From Eutreptiella sp. 'Long Island Sound 2002' (lineage: Eukaryota > Protista > Euglenida), in contig OZ038378.1 of assembly GCA_964036045.1 (NCBI GenBank), positions 145,080,001 through 145,144,000 of the forward strand: DNA of 64,000 nt. The letters are read 5' to 3'. The stretch's first letter is position 1. Each line of letters starts with the position of its first letter. The notes below the pieces were generated by a model. That model did not search any database and had not been told where the DNA came from. It saw nothing but the letters and a program-made list of their open reading frames with translations. Of the stretch, positions 10,220-19,213 are shown piece by piece. Both the position numbers and the translations under genes were made by a program.

Positions 10220-11850
10220 CGCTTTCGCTTGTTGAACTTCAGATCCACATCACACTCCATGGCAGCCGACGACGCCACTGACGTGGAGGCACCAGACGAT
10301 GCCACTGAACTGTAGCTACGCGACGAGGACACGAACGCACTACTGGAGCCTGCTCCCCCTTTGCCTCTTCCTTTGCCTCCACCTTTAGGATTGCCTCGCT
10401 CCCTACGCATGGCATACTCAGGTTGAGAAATGACCTGCATCAGGAAGTCTCCTTCGGATCCTCGAAACACAGATCCCAGAATTTTGGGCGTTTCTGCCTG
10501 CGGCACACACACTTTCCACGTGAGGGTGCGTATCTCACCCACCAACCATCTCATGCGTCGCACAATAAGTTTCTCAACTTCAGAGGTTTGCATGATTGCC
10601 ACGATCGCCTTTTCCCCCCACCACGGCGGCACATTGATCAGGAACAAGTTATCTGCCGGTCCCCACTCAGCTGGCGGCTGTATGTACGTGTCACCCTGGC
10701 CAACAAACTCTCCTGAACCCTCATCTTTGAATTTAAGGCCATACTGCGAGGAGCACTTGTCCAACTGTTCCACCAGCACGTTGTGCGCAGCGTCAGACAG
10801 TCCCAGTCGAACTTTATTGTACCCGACCACTTGAATAGCCACACCCGATTGTGCTGCCAAGAGCCCATTGGGCCGGAGCTCCCAAAACAGCGACAGCAGA
10901 CAGGCAAACATAAACGGTGCGTGTTTCTCACGTACCTCCGCACCGACGTAAACTTCAAACCTTCTTGGAAGATCGTCCACCGCGTCCCCCTGATACCATT
11001 TCAGCGGCATGATGCCAAACCGGGCTCTATTGCCATACAGTCGCACAAGCTCGTGCGCATGGTCTAAAGACAATTGGCAAAATAGGTATTTGGACTGTCC
11101 CGGATCTGCCCCAGGAACCAGCACCGCCTCCGTTTTCTGAATAGACAGACTGTCAAAAAGTTCCTGCTCCCACTGTACATGGTACTGAAGTACCATCATC
11201 TTCTCTTCCTCCTTTGGCACCTTGAAGACTATAACATTGGGCTCATCCCCCGGGGCAAACATGCGAATTTGCCGGAATTTAGGCTGGGCACGCGTCAGCC
11301 TGCTCGCAGTTGTGGTATGAATTACCCATACTGAATACTGCTGTTTCTTGGTAATCAGAGGCCTGTCTGCCAGCTGTAGCATCGCTGGATTGACTGTCAC
11401 GCTCTCCTTGACAGTCAGAGCTCTGTTCAAGAACACATCTGGATTGTCACAGACCCCTTCAAGCAGCACCAATGAGATTTTCCCCACCGCTCGCAGATTC
11501 TCCGTAAGCATAGCAACAGCCCTGTTGATATTCGCAATTTCAGACATATGAGCACATAGAACAATGTAGGGCTCCTGGCCCCGGAAAGCTTTTTGTACCG
11601 TGGCGGAGTCAGACTTTAGCAGAGATGCCAGCTTGTAGGACGGGACAGTGTCCGCAATGGAAGTACCAGCCCTCAGAAAAAACTCTTCTTGAATGAAATA
11701 GTCAGCATCATCAATCCCAGTGAAAGTAGCAAGCTGCTTGCTATCCGTCTCCACGAGAACATCTTCTCCCTGAGTGCGATCCATCACTCGGGTGTCGGCA
11801 CTGGCGCGGCCTGTGGACCCGGGCGCTTTCGCTACGGTTGTACGTTTCAT
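10216..11850 (-). CDS. LINE ORF1 (544 aa, putative nucleic-acid chaperone)
   Basis: Long open frame directly upstream of ORF2, overlapping it by ATGA. Ends in a G/K-rich and S-rich basic tail. No close family recognised. Confidence 0.85.
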   Translation of the reverse strand: MKRTTVAKAPGSTGRASADTRVMDRTQGEDVLVETDSKQLATFTGIDDADYFIQEEFFLRAGTSIADTVPSYKLASLLKSDSATVQKAFRGQEPYIVLCAHMSEIANINRAVAMLTENLRAVGKISLVLLEGVCDNPDVFLNRALTVKESVTVNPAMLQLADRPLITKKQQYSVWVIHTTTASRLTRAQPKFRQIRMFAPGDEPNVIVFKVPKEEEKMMVLQYHVQWEQELFDSLSIQKTEAVLVPGADPGQSKYLFCQLSLDHAHELVRLYGNRARFGIMPLKWYQGDAVDDLPRRFEVYVGAEVREKHAPFMFACLLSLFWELRPNGLLAAQSGVAIQVVGYNKVRLGLSDAAHNVLVEQLDKCSSQYGLKFKDEGSGEFVGQGDTYIQPPAEWGPADNLFLINVPPWWGEKAIVAIMQTSEVEKLIVRRMRWLVGEIRTLTWKVCVPQAETPKILGSVFRGSEGDFLMQVISQPEYAMRRERGNPKGGGKGRGKGGAGSSSAFVSSSRSYSSVASSGASTSVASSAAMECDVDLKFNKRKR

Positions 11851-11873
11851 TCACCCCACACGGGGTTGCACAT
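11847..11873 (-). promoter_or_regulatory. 8-codon uORF (MCNPVWGE*) whose stop overlaps the ORF1 start (ATGA)
   Basis: Minus strand ATG TGC AAC CCC GTG TGG GGT GAA TGA; ORF1 ATG at 11850. Confidence 0.5.
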
Positions 11874-11890
11874 GGCAGAAAAAATACAAC

Positions 11891-11918
11891 CGAAAAAAAA
11901 TGGACACTCAGAAAGTGT
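11891..11918 (-). other. euglenid spliced-leader exon copy at the LINE 5' end
   Basis: Minus strand ACACTTTCTGAGTGTCCATTTTTTTTCG, 27/28 to the euglenid SL as recalled. Abuts the TSD exactly. Confidence 0.9.
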
Positions 11919-12229
11919 TTATACAAGGGGGGGGGGGGGGTACACACCTCAATGCCTTGTTGATATTCATCGGTCAGTGGACAGCCAACATGTGAGCGAT
12001 GGCAAGCCAATACCTCAAGACCCGGCGGGGATCCATGTCACCAGGCAGCCAGGGAGGATTGTGCACCTCCCAGTGTGCCCGAATTCCTCGATAACTAATC
12101 CACCTTGCCCTAACGCCACTTTGTTTGGTACCCGGTGTAGCCACAGCACCGGACCCCCCTCCGCACAACGCTGGACCCCCTCCGCACAGCGCCGGACCCC
12201 CTCCGCACAGCACCGGAGTGCTCTTTTTT

Positions 12230-12480
12230 TTTGGAGGGCAAGGGGGGGTCAAGCCATGATGAGCTGCCGGAGCTTGCTCACCAGAAGGCACTCAAGCAAT
12301 CTCTCGGAATCAGGGATCAGAGCTGTCCAGTGCTACGATTGTCCCACAAGTCGTGGTAGCGGACATCACACGTAGTAAGGATAAGCTGTATCTGATTCCA
12401 GGAAATGCAATGGGCACTGCCACGCCCGAAGGCATCCCAGTGTGCTACCGGAGCCCAAGACAAACTGGAACGCTGAGTGA
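12230..12480 (-). repeat. dispersed SINE/LINE-tail-like repeat, second copy ~31960-32212
   Basis: Shared ctcaccagaaggcactc-aa-aatctctcggaatca-ggatcagagctgtcc...gccacgcccgaaggcatccc-gtgtgctaccgg. Both copies have a T8 run at the left end (A-tail on minus). Confidence 0.65.
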
Positions 12481-13250
12481 ATAACAGCGGTGGGCTACGC
12501 ACAGAAAAGGCAGTCTCGAAGAAAGAGGTTCAGGCTGAGATGGAGGGTTGTCTGCCAACGTTGCCCTGAAGTGCCTCACTCTGGCGGTTTTTTTTTTGGG
12601 GGGGGGGCATGGGAACTCCTTTTGGTTTGGAGTTCGCGGAGTTGCAGGGTTGTGAACGCTTTTTGAAGTGAAGTACTGTGGCTTTCTGGAAAAGATCTCA
12701 GGGCAAGGGTGCTCTCGCAAACATAAAAGACTTGGCAATGTACATCAGAGTCGAGCAGCACAGCCGCACCGGCAGGCTGCATCTGAATGGGCCGCACAAA
12801 TGCTGCACATCACTTTGTGGGCAACATATCTAAATCCTTATGTTGTGAAACCGCTGGATCCCGCACTATTCCACACCCCAAACACCACTCCGTCCGTCCC
12901 ACAGGCTCCTCCGGCTGATGTGAGGTGCACTCTGTGCCAAGGCAAAAGCTGTGGCTGCAGGCCAATCCTGAGTGCCTAAGTTGCGAGGCAGGAGATCACA
13001 GAGTGCCCCTCTTTATGCAGCCACGCTCTGATATTTGAACAGACAACACCCGAAAAAGAGGGAATCCTTTGAAACCAGCAGCAGACCCCGTGTGTCAGTA
13101 TATGGGGGCTGAAGGACGCAGCACCTCTGAGATGCTGATGGACGTCATAAAGGCACCCGGAAGAGGCCTGGGGGCCTGCAAGGACGACACAGGGATGCCA
13201 AATGGGCCGGACTCTTGTCCTTGGACCTGAAACCTCCACTGCAGTATTTG

Positions 13251-13678
13251 ATCGGGCCCATGGTTCCAGGAGACATGCCAATGTGTCTGGCAGGTGAACT
13301 GTGTCCCAGTTCACAACTCATTGGGGTCGAGCCTTGTCCTGGACCTGAAACCTCCACTGCAGAATTTGTTTTGCATGTGTCTCTCCGTTCCCCCCCCTGG
13401 GTGTCCTGTGGCAGGCCACGACATATACCTCAGCCCTGGCACCCCCAATGTCCCGAACACAAAGCTAACATCAGCTCACACACAATATGGGGAGATTTTT
13501 TTTTGTTCGGCTCTAGAAGAGCATGATGGAGCCAGAAGATGGCTCAGCGCCTGGGCAAGCAGTGCCCATTTTGTTGGCGCGAAATAGTGGTGTACGGGCG
13601 GGCAATTTATAGCTGACTGGCAGCTCACCTCAAAACATCAATTGTGGACAGAAGTCACCATGCGGCGTGGCCTGATCA
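13251..13678. repeat. two ~70-80 bp blocks repeated at 15910-15980 and 16079-16158 in swapped order
   Basis: Block A (gggcccatggttccaggagacatgcc...gtcgagcc) at ~13255-13332 and ~16081-16158. Block B (tagctgactggcagctcacctcaaaacatcaa...cctgatca) at ~13610-13678 and ~15911-15979. Confidence 0.8.
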
Positions 13679-14100
13679 CTCGAGCATAAGCGGGTCACCC
13701 CGGACTGGGGCAGGGGCAGGATGGTCATATCTCCGGTCTGTGCCGGCAGACATTGCCCAGTGGATTGGGCACACAGTGGGGGAGATAAGGCCAATCTTTG
13801 CACATAGGCGGACTCCACTGACAAGTCCACGCAGGGTAGCGGACTTCTTCCCTTGTGCAGCCATGAGTTGAAGGTGCTGAGCAAGGGTTTGGGATATGTT
13901 GAGCTCAGGGTATTTGGTGGCGGTAACGGACAAACCCCGTAAGAGGCATGCCCATGTATCTACTGTACCGGGAGCGCATGTGCCAATGGCCAGGGCTTGA
14001 TCGGAAATGACCAGATCTTCTGCTCTGGCATCAAGCAGTCGGGAGCTGAGAAACCGGAGGTCATTAGCCGAGCTGCCGCCATCGACCGCCCCCACGGCAG
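13676..14100 (-). pseudogene. probable tyrosine-recombinase (DIRS/Ngaro-like) core-binding fragment
   Basis: LAQHLQLMAAQGKKSATLRGLVSGVRLCAKIGL resembles the L..FL..L...G...STI..Y.SAV helix pattern of YR retroelements. No catalytic part seen. Confidence 0.4.
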
Positions 14101-15156
14101 CATATGAAACAGCGGGGGCGGGGCCGGTTGGGCTACCCATGAGGCCCCAGCACACCATTGTTGGCCGGGGAAGGGGACTAGGAGCCTGACGGCCCACGGA
14201 CAGAAGCTGAAGGCGCAGGGCACCCCTACCAAGACCAGTGCATCAGGCCACATTTACTACATGGATAAGGGGGAGGACCAGAAGCGTCATAGGTCCTGCC
14301 TGTCGAGAACGCAGTATACAAAGTCCGGGCACCAACCAAGCCGCCTTTCCTCCCGGGGGCCGGTACGTTGACTGGCACGTGTTGCGAAAGTTGCGTAGGG
14401 CCCTGCGACGGCTAAGATGACGAAGCTGCTTGCTACGGCGGAGCTGGGGACGGTTGAGGCCCGAACGCCGGCGCACCGCGGTCGCAATCACGCGCCCAAT
14501 GGCCATAAAGGCCACATCGAAAGCATGCTCCAGGCGGGCCACCACTAGGTCGAAGAGGCGCCTTAGGGGGAACCTTTGCACTGCGCGCACATTGCGCGCT
14601 ACTTTTAGACTATGTTCCCCCCGAAGAGCCCGCAAGCACACCCCTTAGAAACGCCCTTAGAATTAGGTGACCCAAACTGCCCCAGCTCAAGAAAGTTGCA
14701 AACTACCTTCCCTTCCCACTACACACATCATGCACCATTTTTAGCGATGGAGGTTGGGTTGGGGCAAACTTGCATGTAACATGATCCATGAATGCCCTTT
14801 CCCTTACGTACATGGTACTCACACTCACACTCATACTTAATCGCGTCCTTGTATCGGATAATCGGACTTGCTTCAATACTTCCACTTCCCTATGGAATCT
14901 TTGGCCGTCCAATGCGTGCTTGTCCCCCTGAGTGGAAATGGCTCTTCGCCACTCTGCAGAGATATAATGTAAAGCATAAACACAATCAAGGCAAGAGAGT
15001 CGCAAACGGCATTGTAGTAAAGAGGGCGGAAATGCTACGTCACCCCTGCATTCTCGGGGGTCCCCAAACAACGGGGGACAAAATCAGAAGTCAAAACGTA
15101 CGCTAGGGGTCACCATGATGCCCCTAGGGGCCCCTAGTATCTCAAGGTATGGGTCT

Positions 15157-15930
15157 CTAGTACGGCCAGACGCCCAAATAGTTGCACTGCGCGCGCACTG
15201 CACGCGCACTGCGCTTGAGGCGCCCCCTTAGTCGGCGCCGGCACTTGCTGCCGGCCGGAAGCCGCAAGAGCCGGAGAGTCACATGATCGATACAACAGCC
15301 TCCAAACATCTTCAACCAACGTCCATCCAGCTCACGCAACCTTGCTGGTATCCGTTTTGACAAAGCGCTGGAGTGAGTGGACAGCGTCTCGCTCAGTTGT
15401 CCTCCTGCCAAACGGGTCATTGCTTCATGCGAGAAGGCCGGAACACGCGGGCCGCAGAGCTCCTGCAAGCGGCGTTCACATTCGTCGATTTGGCTTTGAA
15501 GATCACCTTCTCCAACAAGCTGGGCATCATCATGGGCATCATCAGATGAGGCACTGGCAAACGCATGAGTGCCCTGTCGGATCCACTCCCCACAAGTCAC
15601 ATCAAGGACAAGACCGGACACACGCTCAAACATTGCCAACAGCAACAGCACTTCATGGGTCTCCATGTCAGGGCCTGCCCATCTGGTCAGAAGATCAACA
15701 CCCTGTAAGTCGCCTTCAAGAAGGAGACGGGCATGATGTGCCGCCGCCATCGCCCCACCATCTTCGAGCGAAAGAAACACAACAGCAGACGAAGAAAGCC
15801 CACCCCTCCAATTTTTCCACTGGAGATACGGGGCAGTGTCAGCAGAAGGCATCTCAGCATTGGCTGAAAACACGACCCGTCGTCGTTTAGCCTCTTGCAT
15901 GATAAAATTTGTAGCTGACTGGCAGCTCAC
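15157..15930 (-). CDS. hypothetical 257-aa ORF, probably a transposon-derived fragment
   Basis: Open frame with protein-like composition, bounded by repeats on both sides. No motif recognised. Confidence 0.25.
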   Translation of the reverse strand: MSCQSATNFIMQEAKRRRVVFSANAEMPSADTAPYLQWKNWRGGLSSSAVVFLSLEDGGAMAAAHHARLLLEGDLQGVDLLTRWAGPDMETHEVLLLLAMFERVSGLVLDVTCGEWIRQGTHAFASASSDDAHDDAQLVGEGDLQSQIDECERRLQELCGPRVPAFSHEAMTRLAGGQLSETLSTHSSALSKRIPARLRELDGRWLKMFGGCCIDHVTLRLLRLPAGSKCRRRLRGRLKRSARAVRAQCNYLGVWPY

Positions 15931-17849
15931 CTCAAAACATCAACTGTGGACAGAAGTTGCCATGCGGCGTGGCCTGATCAGTCGATGGTGTCCCGTCCCC
16001 CCTCCCTGACCCTGGTGAATGCTGTACTGTTGCTGTGACTGCTGTGGCAAAACTAAAGTTATTTGCTTAACTTTAGTTCGGGCCCATGGTTCCAGGAGAC
16101 ATGCCAATGTGTCTGGCAGGTGAACTGTGTCCCAGTTCACAACTCATTAGGGTCGAGCCCCATCTGATCATGTCCGTATGGCGGACGCCAAGTGCGCCGA
16201 TCTGCAATGCATGCCACTGCAGATCAACACTACAGCAACGGCAATGGAAACTGGAAGCAGTCACAGAACAGATCAGAAGGGGGTAGTTCCTGCATGGGAG
16301 GCGTGGACAGAGTCTGCAATACCGCGATCAGCATCCACTAGCAACGCAGTAAGAGCCCTTGCTCATTCCATGAACACCAGCAGCTGAATTGTCTCAACCA
16401 CTCGGGTTGCGTCAGGGCAACAAGGCCCGATTACAGCCATGCATCTGGCCCACGCAGGAGTGTGCAATGCAAGAGCAACCGTAGTACAAAGAGGGGGTGG
16501 GGTGATCCTTTTGTTCTTGTTCTGACACCAGAATAGTGCGTGCCGTCAAGGCGGTGGGTGTTCATGGGCATCCTGGCCCAGGTACTATGTACAGCGGCCA
16601 AAACGGCAAACGAAATGGCACAAGTGTGTGGGGAGGGCCTGAAGGGCTGTCCTTAACAGAAAGAGGTTTTAGGCTTCTTAAGGACACCCCTGGCCTTGGT
16701 CCAGAGCCCCGGGCATGGAACACCGTTCAGCGTGACGGCCCTTGGCCCATGTGGGGAGGTGAAGGAGGGACAATCGCGGGTGCATGGGCACAGAAGATTC
16801 CGGTGCCGCTCTTCTCTTTTGCTTTGGGGTTCAATGGTCCACGTGGGGCTCACATAGGGCACACCCACCGCACTGCTCCCACTCTCTTCCCTCAGCAGAC
16901 CTGAGGGGCCTTGGCAATGCCGCTGGGGGGGCACCCTCAAAGAGGGGCCCGGCAGCGGTTGCACATCAGAGAGGACGCATAGAGCGAAGCAAAAAACCAC
17001 CAAAATGAACATCACCGCTGGAGCACTGCACTGACCGAGGGGGCGACAACGTGACATGCAACGCTGGCACTCAAGACAGCGATTGCAATACAGTGGGTTG
17101 AAGCCCATGTAAGGCAAGCGTGATGGAGGACTACAAATACAAACCACGGGACCCGCTCATCGGGGCAGTGGCAAAAGCAGGGGTCAGAGGTAAGAGGCGA
17201 AGAAGCGAAGAAGACCCAGCGGCAGAGCTTGAAGCAAGGAGGCCTGAACAAGGCAGGTGCGTGACGGTGCAGAGACAAAGAGAGGGGGAGGGGGCGAGAG
17301 GGGAAGCAGAAAGGCGGGAAGAAGAAAGCACAAAAAGGGAAGAGGGGCGTTCTGTTTGAAGGGGGAAAGCCAGATAGAGGACTTCCAACCGTTCCCTCCC
17401 AAGCAGAGGGCCGGAGAGGGGCACAACGGCTGGTCTTTGCCTTCACACTGCCATGTGGCCACCCGGCGTTGTGTGTGTACCTCCGCGTGCGTTGCGTATC
17501 TGCGCAAGGTCCTACGCGTGCATGCGTGCGTGAAGCGCCGTCACTGCAGGCGACCCAACATAACATGGTCTCCATGGGGGATGGGCAGCACAAGAAGCAT
17601 GCCTCCTCTGACATGTGCCCTTCTGTGTGTAGGACGACAAAAGGGGGACTGCCACCGTCCTGAGCAAACAACAGCACCACAATGGCCTTTTGGCCTTTCT
17701 AATCTGAAACGAGTCTGTGGGCATACCATTCAGCCCGTCTCAAGGGGGGCATGCGGGTGACAATGAAAGGAGTTGGCGCGGATGCATTCCTGCCCTCGGC
17801 ATAGATTCACTTGCTGACAAGACGCTGTGCGCGTGGGATCAAGCCAGGC

Positions 17850-18500
17850 TGTCCTTCGTGTAGTGTGAAACCAATGAAACCTGGGGTTCTGTTCTGTGAC
17901 TGAAGTGGCATGCAGCGAAGTTGGTCGCAACGGCAAAGGGCTTGAGGAATGGTCAGGGCAGCAGCGGCAAAGGTGAAGCGGGTGAGATCTCAGAATCGTT
18001 CAAAGCAGTGGTGTTTCATTCGGATAAGCTCGTAGGTTTTCTTATTGATCCAAGCAAAGCAGTGCCTTCAGCTGCATGCACGTATAGCCACACGCAGTGG
18101 GCGGTTTTTATAGATGCACCGCACTTCGACTTGATCAGTAGAGTAGATGGTCCACCAACAAACTTCATGGAGGTCTGAAGCACCAGTCCACCAGATTGCA
18201 GCAGGGACTAGGCAATGACCAATACGCCAGCTTCAACACCATACACAGCTGCTGGAAGCACTTTGTATTTGAAAGTGTGAAATGAGAAAGTCTGTGTGCG
18301 CTGCTGCGTTAGCCTTCTGAGCCTCAGGTTGGGGATGGGGAGGAAGAAGAGGCTTACTACCAGAGGCACCCCCAGAGCCCTCGTCAGCATGAGGTGTCCA
18401 CAATAGATGAAGAACCACGGAATTGTAATGCTCTTGGGAGTTATGTTGCATGTGCTACAGTTTTGCTGTATTCCCCTTCGTCAACAGGACGGTTGAAGTG
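17850..18500 (-). pseudogene. decayed RTE-like LINE reverse-transcriptase C-terminal fragment
   Basis: FFIYCGHL (F.YLG-like) followed by LRRL...FKYKVLPAAVYGVEA (VLP..LYG.E motif). Stops downstream. Confidence 0.5.
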
Positions 18501-19213
18501 GTGCAGGACTAGTGCTTCAGATCAATGGGGTCATGGTTGGGTTACAGCATCGCCTGAATCCAACCCCAAAAAAGATACGCCCCAAAAACAAAACCCCAGA
18601 CCCACAAGCACTGCGCCACGGTGGCGGTAAAACAAACTTACACACATGTGCAGGGTGCCTTTTGGGTTCCTCTTTCAGCAAGGTGCATGGGAAGCCGAAC
18701 TGATGAGGGGCCTCTGCCAAGGAGGTCAGGTACGTAGGTATTAAGTGTGTAACCTCTCGGGTTGCAGGCAACAAAAGAATTGTGCGACCAGCCACCAAAC
18801 GAAAAGACACTCAGAAACGCACACACACGCACACGATTGCAAGACAAACGGGCACAACTCAGGTTCCGAGTGTCAGAATCCTCGTCAGTTGGATCGTCAA
18901 ACAAAACAGAGCATGTCCGATGCCAAGAGGCGCCTTTCTGCAGCACAGGTAATGGGCAGAGGTGGGTACGCATTGTGGGGGATGCAGACACACACAGAAA
19001 CACACACACACACACACACACAGCTGCCAATGCTGCTCCGAACAGCTCTCGACCAATAAAACCTGCGAGGCCAGAGTGCAACCCACACACCCACCCACGC
19101 TTTGATCACAAGGATACTGGTTGCCTGTACAAGCCACAGAACCAACACGCTAGCGTGCCATGGCCCTCTGGCAATGCATGGCAATGCAGTGCCGCTGCAT
19201 GTCTGCCTGCTTT

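Larger units (their letters stand above)
5539..11918 (-). mobile_element. full-length L1/Tx1-like non-LTR retrotransposon (6.38 kb) with 5' spliced leader
   Basis: Two intact ORFs. TSD TTATACAA-G9 at 5522-5538 and 11919-11935. SL at the 5' end. No poly(A); the 3' end reads ...GAGTATCCGTTGCTTCACA on the minus strand. Confidence 0.93.

Noticed and set aside
11891-11918. SL RNA gene
   Set aside because: The SL is followed by GTTGTATTTTTTCTG and the LINE UTR/ORF1, is bounded by a TSD, and has no tandem or 5S context. A retro-copied exon fits better, although the GT after the SL means an SL-RNA-derived 5' end cannot be fully excluded.
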